Assembly (NCBI GenBank): GCA_964188305.1
Contig: OZ076888.1
Length of the DNA stretch: 64,000 nt
Direction: 5' to 3' (one strand)
Source of the DNA: Podarcis bocagei
Taxonomy: Eukaryota
This document shows, piece after piece, positions 13,101 to 25,100 of this stretch (position 1 is its first letter; each line of letters begins with the position of its first letter). Below the pieces are notes generated by a model that had not been told where the DNA came from, ran no database searches, and saw nothing but the letters and a program-made list of their open reading frames with translations. The translations under genes and the position numbers were made by a program.

Positions 13101-16100
13101 ACAATAACTGCTTGCTAGTGTTGAAAATTTTAGTTGTAATGTTCAGCTTTCTCTCCTGACTCTTTTAGGATGCTACAGTTATTCCCCACCTCATGGCACT
13201 GCTCAGTAGGTCTCGATATACTCAAGAATACATATGTCAGATCTTCTCACACTGCTGCAAAGTAAGAAAGGAGCATGAAACATTCTACTGGGGTCTGTAA
13301 AACCAAGTATTCCCTTTTGGTGGGCTTTAAAAATACTGTTTTGTTAAGATAACTGTGTGTGTGAGTGAAACAGTGGGCCAGACATAGTAGAATATTTTCT
13401 TTGATTTGCTTGCCAGGGCTAAGCAGGGTTGCTCTTAAAGCAAAATAAAAGGAGAAAATACGAGTTAAGATACACATTTCATTAAAAAAATTAGCAAGGC
13501 ACAAGCCCTTTTCAGGGTGACTGTATATAAAGGTTTCTCACTAAAGCTCTCAAATCAGGACAACGTGAATGAACCACTCCTTAATTTTTTGCTCTGTAGA
13601 ACAGTTAAATTTTTGGACAGTATTTCAGCACTTGTATATATTCCAGATTTAACCAACCATAGCTTTATTTCTGTTTACAAACTTCTCTCCGTGTGCGTCT
13701 GTCTGTCTGTCTATTTTTTAAGAAATTGACTGCCTGAAAATTGGCAGTTATTATCTGCAGAAATGATGTGGTACATGCTTCAAACCTCATTTTCATAGTC
13801 CAAAATCTTAACAATATAAATACTTTTCTGGAGAGTTGTTCCTACTCTGTCTGCTCTTCTATAGGTGTTATCTCATCTGTGTCTCCAGTATTTGACACCT
13901 ACAAATGTGTGACAGATGTAGCCATTGTCCCAAGGTTTCTGAGTAAAGTGACACAACCATGCATAGCTATATTCTTGCTCCACCCTGGTTTAAAACTTGG
14001 GCTGTTATCTTTGAGTCCTTTTCTTTCCCATCTCTGTCCTATGAAGGTGTCCAGTGTGGTGTAGTGGTTAAGAGCGGTGGACTCGTAATCTGGTGAGCCG
14101 GTTTCGATTCCCTGCTCCTCCACATGCAGCTGCTGGGTGACCTTGGGCTACTCACACTTCTCTGAAGTCTTGTAGGCCCACTCACCTCACAGAGTGTTTG
14201 TTGTGGGGGAGGACAGGAAAAGGAGAATGTTAGCCGCTTTGAGACTCCTTAGGGTAGTGATAAAGCAGGATATCAAATCCAAACTCTTCTTCTTATCGTT
14301 CACCCTGCCATTTCCTACGCCCCGCATGTGTCTGGAACTAGTGCAGGTTGTGATTAGGGCAACTCGGATGAGCTCACCAAGCTCTGAAATGCTTGATACT
14401 GAAGATAAATTATTGCATTGAGTCTGAGGTGGAGCAGAAGATTTGACAATCCAGAAATCGCAAATTATGCCACTGTTCCTCTTCATATGCATTCAGAACC
14501 AGATTAATTTTGGAAGAGGCAATCCTAAATGCACAGTTGTGACAAAACTAGGCAAGGAGGGGGCATTCAAATGCATGATTTCACTGCTGCAGACTGAAGT
14601 GGTATCATGGAAGTAGAACATTACTATCCCTTGCTATTTCTGCATGCCTGTATCAGCCCGTTTTGTGTGACAGATACAAAATGTCCTGCTGTTCGGGGTC
14701 TTGTGCAATTATAGCTCAAACAGATGCAAAGGTTACAGAGCGCAAATAAACTGTAGCAGCTGATGTCTGACTGGAACACGAATTAAGTATTTTTTTCAAG
14801 GAATGTGTATCATATTAGAAATGAGTCTTGAGTTGCTACTCCCAAATTTCCAGGGTCAAGTTTTCCATATATTGTCTGGCAGTTGCATAGAGGTTACTTC
14901 CTGAAATATATGGCTTCACAAATATAACTTTTATAAACAATGTGTATGTTGATGTTCTGAACCAACTGAACAGAAAATGCTTCCTAAAATGTTTACCCAA
15001 AACATTGGCAAATGAGATAATTTCTTGTGACGTTTTGAATGCTGTGTGAATAAGAATGATCAAAATACATTTTTTAGCACCCTAAATCTTAAGTTTTGGC
15101 ATATAGATTATTTTAGCACAAACAAAAAAGTAGTGAATTGATGAGGTCATACAGAAAATTGCAAGAGTTACAATATACCATTTTAAAGTTTCCAGAAATA
15201 TTATTAGAATAATGGGGAAAGTCAGCTTATCTGTTTTTAGTATCTTGCTGCTTATCAAGGTCCCCCCCCCCCATTTTTTTTCTGCAACTGTGCTCTCCAG
15301 AGTTTCAGAAATAGTTCAAGACAGTATATTTGGACAGACTGTCTCAAGCAGCTGGTGGTGTGCTGTAATAATGCATAACATTTATTTAGCATTTAGAGTC
15401 TCCAAATGTCATTTACATTGTAATCCTTACAATAGAAATATTGTAGGAAGGTAGGTCAATATTTTCCCTATGTTGCAAATTGGGGACTGAAGTGGGTAAA
15501 CTAGTTACAGCTATACAGCTTAATGCTGTATAGAGTCTTTTATGTTTTTACTAAAACCATGAAATCATTTGAAATCAATTGCAAAATTGTAGAGCAATGC
15601 CAATTATCTTATTGAACCTTAAGGAGACTACACATGCAAATCTACACCTGAGTAATTACAGATTGGGGATACTAACAAAAGATTTTAAAACTGAGCAATA
15701 GAGTTTGCACAAAAACCTGACCAAAGGCAACCAATTTATACTTGTATTTTACTAGTGAAGAACATTGAGGCTGAAATATAGTAATCCATTAGTGCTAACC
15801 CAGTCATTGTAGAGAATTTTGTTATTTAAAAGTCTTCTTTTTTATCTCTTGAGAAATGTATTATTATTTGTTTGTCATTGTATGCAAACAAAAGTCTCAA
15901 AGTGACATAACAACAAATTTTAATACAAACAGTAGAATAAGGAGGACAAATTCTACCTCACCCACAGATCTATCAGTTTATTCCAATCTACCTTTTGTTA
16001 ATCCCCGATTCGAGACACTTTATGCTAAAAGTAGGTGTTTTTTAAATTTTCTACTCCGTTTCATAGCCTTTACACTAGTTTTCAATCACTGTATATCTGA

Positions 16101-19100
16101 TTTTTGAAATTTATGTACTCTTTTTCTATAGAAATGTTTTTCTGTCTTGTATATTCAGTAGTAGTTCCTGAATGCACACAGGGGCCTAGATTGGTCCACT
16201 GTATAAAATACTGGACATAGATCCATCTGATAAAGATCAAAATTCAGTTTATAAATCAATATTTGAGAGAACATGTGGGGAGGCGGGGTGGTAGGGGAAG
16301 GGAGTTAGGCCCACAGTACTCAGATAAGTTGCAGGTTAAAAAGGAGAAAATGATACTTGACTTTAATTTTATATCTTTTAATATCTGTTCTTCAGCTCCG
16401 ACACTGGCATAGCTGCGGCTTTAAATCCTCGCCTCAGCCACTTCTATGTGCCAATGTAAGTTTTTTTTTCCTCCTTCAAAATGGTATATTAATTGCATTT
16501 TATCTAAACAAATTGTCAGTTGTAGTAGCTGAAGTCTGTCTTAAAAGTCCAGATTCTTCACAGCTGTTAACTTGGTTACTTGTTGCATAACGTCAGATTT
16601 TTACTTGAGCCAGATTTTGTGTATATATTTTATTGGCTAATTGAGTCATATTTTTTTAATAGTAAGAGAAAAGTTTTGCTGCTTTGATTTGGAGCCACCA
16701 GCCTTATGAGAGGAAAGTGGCAGAAACAACACTGTTGAGTGGTATATGAAGTAGGGCTGGTTTTTGTAGTATGGATGTTGATGTTCATAGCACCAGAAGA
16801 GTACAAATAGCCATAAAGTCCAAATTGTCAACCTCAAGCCAAGACTCTCCAGCTATCAACTCCCCACACAATGTACTGTAAATAGAGCAGAACTTTATAT
16901 CACTCTGTAGGTTTCCAGGGAAGATGACTTTGGGTGACTCAGTCAGCTGAACCTAACTGCACATTAGAGCAGAATTGGGGTGGGAGGGTTCAGTAGTCAA
17001 CTGGCCAGGGAAAAAACTCTTCCCTTATCCCATTATGAGAATCCATTAGACTCTGAACACAAAGCAGAACCGAGGAATCAAACATCCTTAACTTAGTCTA
17101 AAGTTTTAATCCTTTTGTTGTGAGAGGGGCAATCGTTGTGGGTGGCAAAAATAAACTGTAATGGAAACTGATGGAAACTCTGCACTAGTCTAATTTGACT
17201 ACAACCAAGCATGGGTAGGCAAACTAAGGCCCGGGGGCCGGATCCGGCCCGATCACTTTCTAAATCCGGCCCGTGGGCGGTCAGGGAATCAGTGTGTTTT
17301 TACATGAGTAGAATGTGTGCTTTTATTTAAAATGCATTTCTGGGTTATTTGTGGGGCATAGGAATTCGTTCATTCCCCCCCAAAAAATAATATAGTCTGG
17401 CCCCCCACAAGGTCTGAGGGACAGTGGACAGGCCCCCTGCTGAAATAGTTTGCTGACCCCTGGTTTGAAGTAACATAATTAGGGCCTCAATTTCAGATGG
17501 GGTGAATAGGTATTTTACCTTGTCTTTCTGAAATCTAATTGTTTATCTGTATCATAAAAATTTGGACTAGGCATATCTTTTATAATTTATGTTCAGTTGT
17601 ATTGTGTAAAATATTCTTACTCGATTACAAGTGATCATCAAGGAAAAACATAGTTAGGGAGAAGCTTCTTTTTGTAAGTCCAGCCATAGGCTTATAACCT
17701 ACCTATTAAAAAAGATACTCTAGGACGTGCTTCCTCAACCTCGGCCCTCCAGATGTTTTGAGACTACAATTCCCATCATCCCTGACCACTGGTCCTGCTA
17801 GCTAGGGATCATGGGAGTTGTAGGCCAAAAACATCTGGAGGGCCGAGGTTGAGGAAGCCTGCTCTAGGATGAGGTTGAAGGAATAGAGACAGGAAAGATA
17901 AACTAGCCAAACAACATTTTTTTTCTTTTTAAGCATCCACCACCACCATATTGGAGTTGCGTATCTTTTGGTTTCTGATATTTATTGCAACAAAACGAAT
18001 TGGGTGAAAAGATGACTAGTATGTTTGAGGCCATCTAGTTGCCCATGCGATTTTCTGCCTTTTAAAATCTGGCTGTTTTGTATAAATTTATATTTTTGAA
18101 CTTTTTCATAATCTTTACAATATCTAAAACACCGACTTGTTGAGGGGAGGGAGAGAAAGGAAATACATGAACCCATTATTAAAAGGGTGGGTTGAAAATA
18201 AAGTTGTAAATGAACGAAACAGGCACATATAAAATGCCACAGATAAGTAAAATATCATAGGGAAGAGAATAAAAACAGCAAATGGACAACACTTTACTTT
18301 AATTATACTAAAATATATTGGGATTTCTTTTGACTCTTCCTTTTTTCATGTCTTCCTATTTAAGAATACTGCTTTTAAAAGTCAATTGGTAGGCGAGCTG
18401 GCAGGATATTTCCTGCAGAGTTTAAACTCTGTTACAGGCTTCCCATTCTATAATATTAGATGTAAGATACACGTGAGAAGAATGATTATTGCCTGTGCCT
18501 TTCATGGGGGGGGATAGGTTTATTAAACTATCTGACATTTGGGGGGGGAATTGCAAATTATGAACCTTCTTAAGCATTTTTCAGTGGAAAGGCGGGATAC
18601 AAATGCTTTAATATTCCCAGTATATATATTTCTGTCCGTCCTTGTTCCTTGCTGCTTCTCTGTCAGCTCAAAGGCTTTCTTTTCTCACATTCCCACAAAG
18701 TTCTTGCAACCTGTGTTCCTTTTTCCATCTTGTGGATTTAGCTTTCTTTTGCAGTATTTTCTGTCTCCAGTTGACAGTTGTCTTTACTAACTTCATGAAG
18801 CTTGCTGAGACTACACATGGACATGTATTCTGCATCTATTTCCTCCAAAAATTGCACCCACTGCCAGACATCCCCCCCTTTCCCTGAACAGTTCAAGCCC
18901 ATCCAGGATCTGATAAACTTTGCTGGGCAAAGTGCTTAGTAGTAATAGGGTTTCAGTAGAGTTGCCTACTGTTGGTCATGTTCACCCACAGTTTGGTATT
19001 TGAGAAATATTTCTTTAGGCTCTGATGCCCAGCTGTCATCTCCAAGAACTGCACAGCTTTTAAGGCTTGGAGCTTCCACTTTAGACACAAAAAATGGGAG

Positions 19101-22100
19101 TATCGTCACCTGTTCTATATTGTTACCATTACATTTGGGGGAGGGGGAGCATTATCAGAAAGTAGAGACAAAAGAGTTATGAAAATTAATTGTCATTGAA
19201 GTTGGAATGATCAGTTGTCCGTTTGAGATGCACATCTTACAAAGCACTTTGGATCTCTTCTTCAGTTTACAACTCCTAGTCTGTCTGTACATTCTTGCAT
19301 TACTAAATCAGGATATTAAAATGCAAGTAAGAAAATGGCCTGCGGGGTTCTAGAAGCTATTCTGCTCGCCCAAAATCTCATGTACTCAGAGTAAACCGCT
19401 AGATCCTGGTGTCTGCTGTAGGATATGCCATGCCATCAAAATTTCTTTCTAGCCACTATAGCTAGAGTTGATTCCTGCAATAAAGGGAAAGCTGAGGCTC
19501 TAATTCTGTTGCAGCATCAGACCTTAGGGTTCAAGGTACCTCAGCATCATAGGAGGTGGTAATCCAGTGCATTGTACCGTGTGACATTTGGTGTATGGGT
19601 TGGATCCAGAGAATGAAGGGCCACTTGCACAGGTTGTCTTTTCAGTCTCCCTTCCCCTCCACCCCTTGTGCTCCCCCGAAGCCACTCTGTAGCATGGGAT
19701 AGATAATTTGGGGGGGGGTGTCATACAATGGAAGGGAAAACTGGAAGTATTTGGCAGGGCTGTCTTGTGAGAATGGCAGCACTTTGTTTGAGACAACTTT
19801 GGACAAGCCTGGATTTTTATCAGACGCTTGCTTTCATATTTTGCTGCTTGTCTTTTGAAAATACAAAAACTGAATAATTTATAGTGCCTGATTAAAAAGA
19901 AAATAAATGTTTTCTGAGTCTAATATGAGAAAGAGCACAATTTTGATGAATGAAATTCGTTACAGCTAAACTGCACATTGCATTAAACGTGCAGTTTTGG
20001 GTATGTGTCTCAGGTTTTTTCTTTTTAAATTAGCAGTTACCACAGCTTTTCTAATGGAAGCCACCACCACCCAGCTGCCACGTAGCTACTTTTCCATAGC
20101 AAATTGCAGCTGTGGGGGGGGGGCAGTTTCCTGGGATATTGGTGGAGGGTTAAACATTTCTTTGCAGTTCTGGCCCACTGCCCACCTCAAATCGGCTGCT
20201 ACTTTATATGGAAAATGGAAAAGCAGCACAACAGAAAACTCTGCATCTTAGCCCTTACTGGAGTTGCTGGATTCTTTCTTAAAAATTTAGCTTGACTCTC
20301 TTTTGGTAGCAATTTTGGAAGATGCTGTAAAAATCCAGTCTATTCTTAGCTTGGAATGAACAATAATAAACTTGGAAAATGAGTGACCTTTCAATTTAGT
20401 ATGCATTATGTACAGTAAATTAATTATTTCTTCTCCCTTTACATTTAAGGAGCAATGGCTTTTTTCTTTTTTAATAGGGTCCAGACCATCAGACAGTCCT
20501 GTTTAACCATGGAGCAGTGCAGAATATTGCTCACCTGTTAACTTCTACATCTTATAAAGTAAGGCATTAATATAACCTCTATTCTATAAAGTAAGCCATT
20601 AGTTTGAATCTTGATGCAGCATCATTGCTGGAGTGAAGAAGTAAGTGCAACAGAAGCTGCTGTTTTCGTACAGAAGAGACTGCAAGCATTTCACTTTTAG
20701 CAGTGTGTGTACAGATATGGGGAAACATCACAAAGCATATTTTCCTATAAAGGACTCTTCTGTTGTATACTTGAGAGGCATAAAAAAAGAAGAAAGTGGG
20801 AGAGTAGAAGGGAACATAATGGAAATGGGTAGAGGAAAGTGAAGCTGAAGAAATATCTCTGATGCCATCTTCCTGGCAACATTATTCCTGTCATGAAGTA
20901 GCATGCTTAATCATTACATAATTGTTTTGTTATTCTCCTAATACCAACTACTTGCAACAAATTTAAAATGTAGAAATGTTTAAAATGGCTATAAGCAATT
21001 AACCTTGTAACATTGAAAAGGATGCCAACCTCCAAAAAGAAAGCAAAAATAAGATGAACTACAGTGGTGCCCCGCAAGACGAATGCCTCGCAAGACGAAA
21101 AACCCGCTAGACGAAAGGGTTTTCCGTTTTTCAATGTGCTTCGCAAGACGAATTTCCCTATAGGCTTGCTTCGCAAGACGAAAACATCTTGCGAGTCTTG
21201 CGATTTTTTTTCGCTCCCCCCCCCCTTTTCTAAGCCACTAAGCCGCTAAGCCTTTAATAGCCGCTAAACCGCTAATAGCACTAATCCGCTAAGCCGCTAA
21301 TAGGGTTGCTTCGCAAGACGAAAAAACCGCTAGATGAAGAGACTCGCGGAACGGATTATTTTTGTCTTGCAAGGCACCACTGTACTCAGAACATCACCAA
21401 CAAAGAAACCATGGCAAACCAGCTCATCTTATTCCATCAGGTGCCCTGGGAGAGGATAGTTTTAACAGGCACTGGTAATTAGTGCCTGAAACTTCAAATT
21501 ACAAATTAGTTATATGGCAGAAATGGCCAATGGCAGTATTAAGAAAAGATTCAAACAATTAAATTCTTCAAAGCAAAGTATATACTGAGTTGAGTCATTT
21601 CTACCTTCATTGAATAACATTAACTTTGGCCCAAGACGACTACTTAGTACATAACATGAAGTAATAAAAGAAAAGTAGACCTCTTCAAAGTTAACTTTCC
21701 GAAACATAGAAAATAAAGTTGTACTTTATTGAATTCAAGTACAGTGGTACCTCGGGTTAAGTACTTAATTCGTTCCGGAGGTCCATTCTTAACAAGAAGC
21801 ACCAGTTTAGCTAATGGGGCCTCCTGCTGCCGCTGCGCCACCGGAGCATTATTTCTGTTCTCATCCTGAAGCAAAGTTCTTAACCCGAGGTACTATTTCT
21901 GGGTTAGCGGAGTCTGTAACCTGAAGTGTATGTAACCCGAGGTACCACTGTATATGTTTAATATTTAGGGAAATGGAGGAAGGGGATTGAACCTAAATCC
22001 CCCCCTGCATGCTGCTTGGGAGACTGCGCAGGGAGAACTCTGTATCTGGCATCTCCCAGCACATCATTCTTTAGGAAGGTCTTTATTTGCTGCCCCTGGT

Positions 22101-25100
22101 CAGTTTTAAAATTAACCTGCAAAAATTAGATTAATTACTTAGATAACCATTCGTGATGTTTGAAAACATTCCATGTCATCTAGAATAGTTCTGGATCATT
22201 CTCCTAGCATGGAACCTGGTCCATGTCAGATATTATTGGGGACGTGCTATGATGAAGAGGCCTCTTGGAAGAGTTTGGTTGTTTTGGTGGCAAGTGTAGT
22301 AAAAGACTGGCCTGAGACCCTGAAGAGCCACTCCCAGTCAGAATTGCCAATACTAGGCTAGATGGACAAGTATAAAGGACTTAGTAGAAAGTAGCTTCCT
22401 ATGATCTTTTTGAACCAGCCAAATCGGCTTTATACAAAGTTCATTGGCAGCTCTGATTTTATCTGTAAATTGAGTAAAAGGATGTGAGGACCTGTGCTAC
22501 AAATTGTATAATAAATATTCACTGGATACAAATACTCTGCAAGTTCCAAATATTAAGGCTTCCGTTGCATTCTTTCGGAATGGAACATCCTGTAGTTTTA
22601 ATCAGAAATATGTTCTGTTCAATGCATTTAGACGTTGACTCGTAAAGTTACACTTCCTTAAAAAGGGGGTTTCCTGATAGCTCTGGAAAGTGAAAATCCC
22701 CTGTGTGCTTAGCCTTATATGAATTGGCAGTGAGAAACCTTGTGGGCATTTTATTTTGACTCATTATAAGTAGCCAAAGGTCGTTTCTCAAATTAGGCTG
22801 CACTGAGCCTGTTTACATTATGTGGGAAAGTAACTGCCCAAGTATCAAATGCAATTATGATGCAAGGGAGGGTAGAGAGTCAAAGAAGAAGCTGATTGAC
22901 AGGCCCTTGCAGCATGTCAAATGGAAGGGAGGAGAATGAAGAACGTGGGACTGGCAGTGTTAACTCTTGTTCAACAAAAAGGAGACTTGCTCATTATACT
23001 GATTGGGAAGGAAGCAGGAAGACGTGGGTGAGCACTTATTCTGCACAAACTGGAGTGCATAAAAGTTTCAGAGTGAAGGAGAAGATGATTTCTGCTCCAG
23101 TGATGATTCAGATTCTGTTTTGGCAGGGCTCCCTCTCAGTTTGAGAACTGTGGCTCTAATCACTTAACCCTCCTAGCTTTTTTAAAGGACTTCCTCCGTA
23201 TTTGCACCACATTTTCAGTGGACTTCTGACAAATATTTAAGTGATAGTAGCTTTGACTGACCTTACATAAAACATAAATTTATAAATGTGTGTTTTTATA
23301 CAGGTTCGAATGCAAGCCCTGAAATGCTTTGCAGTTCTAGCCTTTGAAAACCCCCAGGTATCGTTGACTCTCGTAAATGGTAAGCTGAGCACTTTGCTGT
23401 CAATATACAGATTCACAAAGTAATTGCAATTTTGCTAAGTAATTACAATTTAGTTAATTCCTGACACTTCGATTTTCTCATTTTCAGTGTTGGTTGATGG
23501 AGAACTATTACCACAGATTTTTGTGAAGATGTTACAAAGAGACAAGCCTATTGAAATGCAGCTCACATCAGCCAAATGGTAATATTCTTCAGGCTCATGA
23601 AGGAGTAGCACTTTAAATCCGGCTTCCTCAACCTCAGCCCTCCAGATGTTTTCAGACTACAATTCCCATCATCCCTGACCACTGGTCCTGCTAGCTAGGG
23701 ATCATGGGGGTTGTAGGCCAAAAACATTTGGAGGGCCGAGGTTGAGGAAGCCTGCTTTAAATGCTACACATATTTACTTGTCACAATAAATTATGAATAC
23801 ACAACTGTGTCAACCCATACAGCAAATTAGCAAAATCAAAGGGTTGTATTCCACTCTCACCGTGGGACTGCTCAAGAGGGTCCTTCAGGCCTCTGGAATA
23901 GATAAGGGCGTGAAGTAGTGCTGAAGGTGGGCAGGAGAGGAAGGGAAAGACTTACTTTGCAAGCAGAATTATGTTCTGCTCACACAACAGCAGCATTAAA
24001 TACCTGGGCCTGCAGATTGCCCACCTAATGTGAAGGTTGCAGATGTTGCTTGTTGTCTAGATAGCCTGGTAGGAGTTGGTGATCTTGGTGTATGTTGGCA
24101 CAATGACATGGGCAAATGTAGTTATGAGGCCCAGGAAGTGAACTTTAGATTGCTAGGTAGGATGCTGATGGTAGTTTTTTCTGAAATGCTCCTGGATCCA
24201 CACACAGGTGCAATTTTTCTCCCTCTCATAACATTAGAACTCGGTGACATCTAGTGAAGCTGAATGTTGTAAAGAGTCAGGACCAACAAAACAAAGTACT
24301 TCTTCATAGAGTGCATAGTTAAACTATGTAGTTGTGTCCGCTTGATCACTCACACTACAGGGGCTCTTGCTCAGTGGTAGAGTAGAAGATTTACATGAAG
24401 AAAGTTCCAGCTTCAGTAACTGGCATCTACAGTTAAAGGGGGTAATGGGAGTGGGTTGTCTCTGCCTAAAGCTCTGGTGGCCCATTGGGAGTCAGAATAG
24501 GCTGTACGGGCTAGATGAACAAATTCTCTGACCTGTTATAAGGCAGCTTCCTGCGTTCCACTTTAGTATAGCTTTCTTACCCACCAGCTTATATCTGCTC
24601 TAACAAGGGTCATGATACTCTTCTTCTGTTTTCCAGAGCTTTACTATTTCATTTGTTTTTAAAACGTGTCCCCTTAACTGCTGAATGGTTCATCCAGCAA
24701 TGAGACAAAACAAAATCTAAAATATACTTGATACTTCTGACAATATGGGTAAATTAGGTCTGTAGTTCTGTCTAAGGTAGTGTAAGCCTTCTAATGATTT
24801 TTTAAAAAATCAATTCTCTGTATATACTACATGTGTCAGTTAATCAGCATTTTGATGTTTCATTGTAGCCTTACTTACATGTGCAGAGCTGGAGCAATTC
24901 GCACTGATGATACCTGCATTGTGTTAAAGGTAAGTTGAGTAAGCATATAGCTGTACTTAGACAAATTGTGTTTTGCACCAGGGTCTCGCCTAGGAATTTA
25001 GGAAGCACTAATAAAGCTGTTCCTACTTGGTGGTGATTAGCAGCTGCTAGTTTTTGGTAGTATGGTTATGAAATATACACCCTCTTTGCTCTTGACTTCT

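Noticed and set aside
14047-14125. tRNA-like sequence with A and B boxes (similar heads at 24360, 28716, 62340)
   Set aside because: Continues into SINE bodies and tails; these are SINE heads, not tRNA genes.
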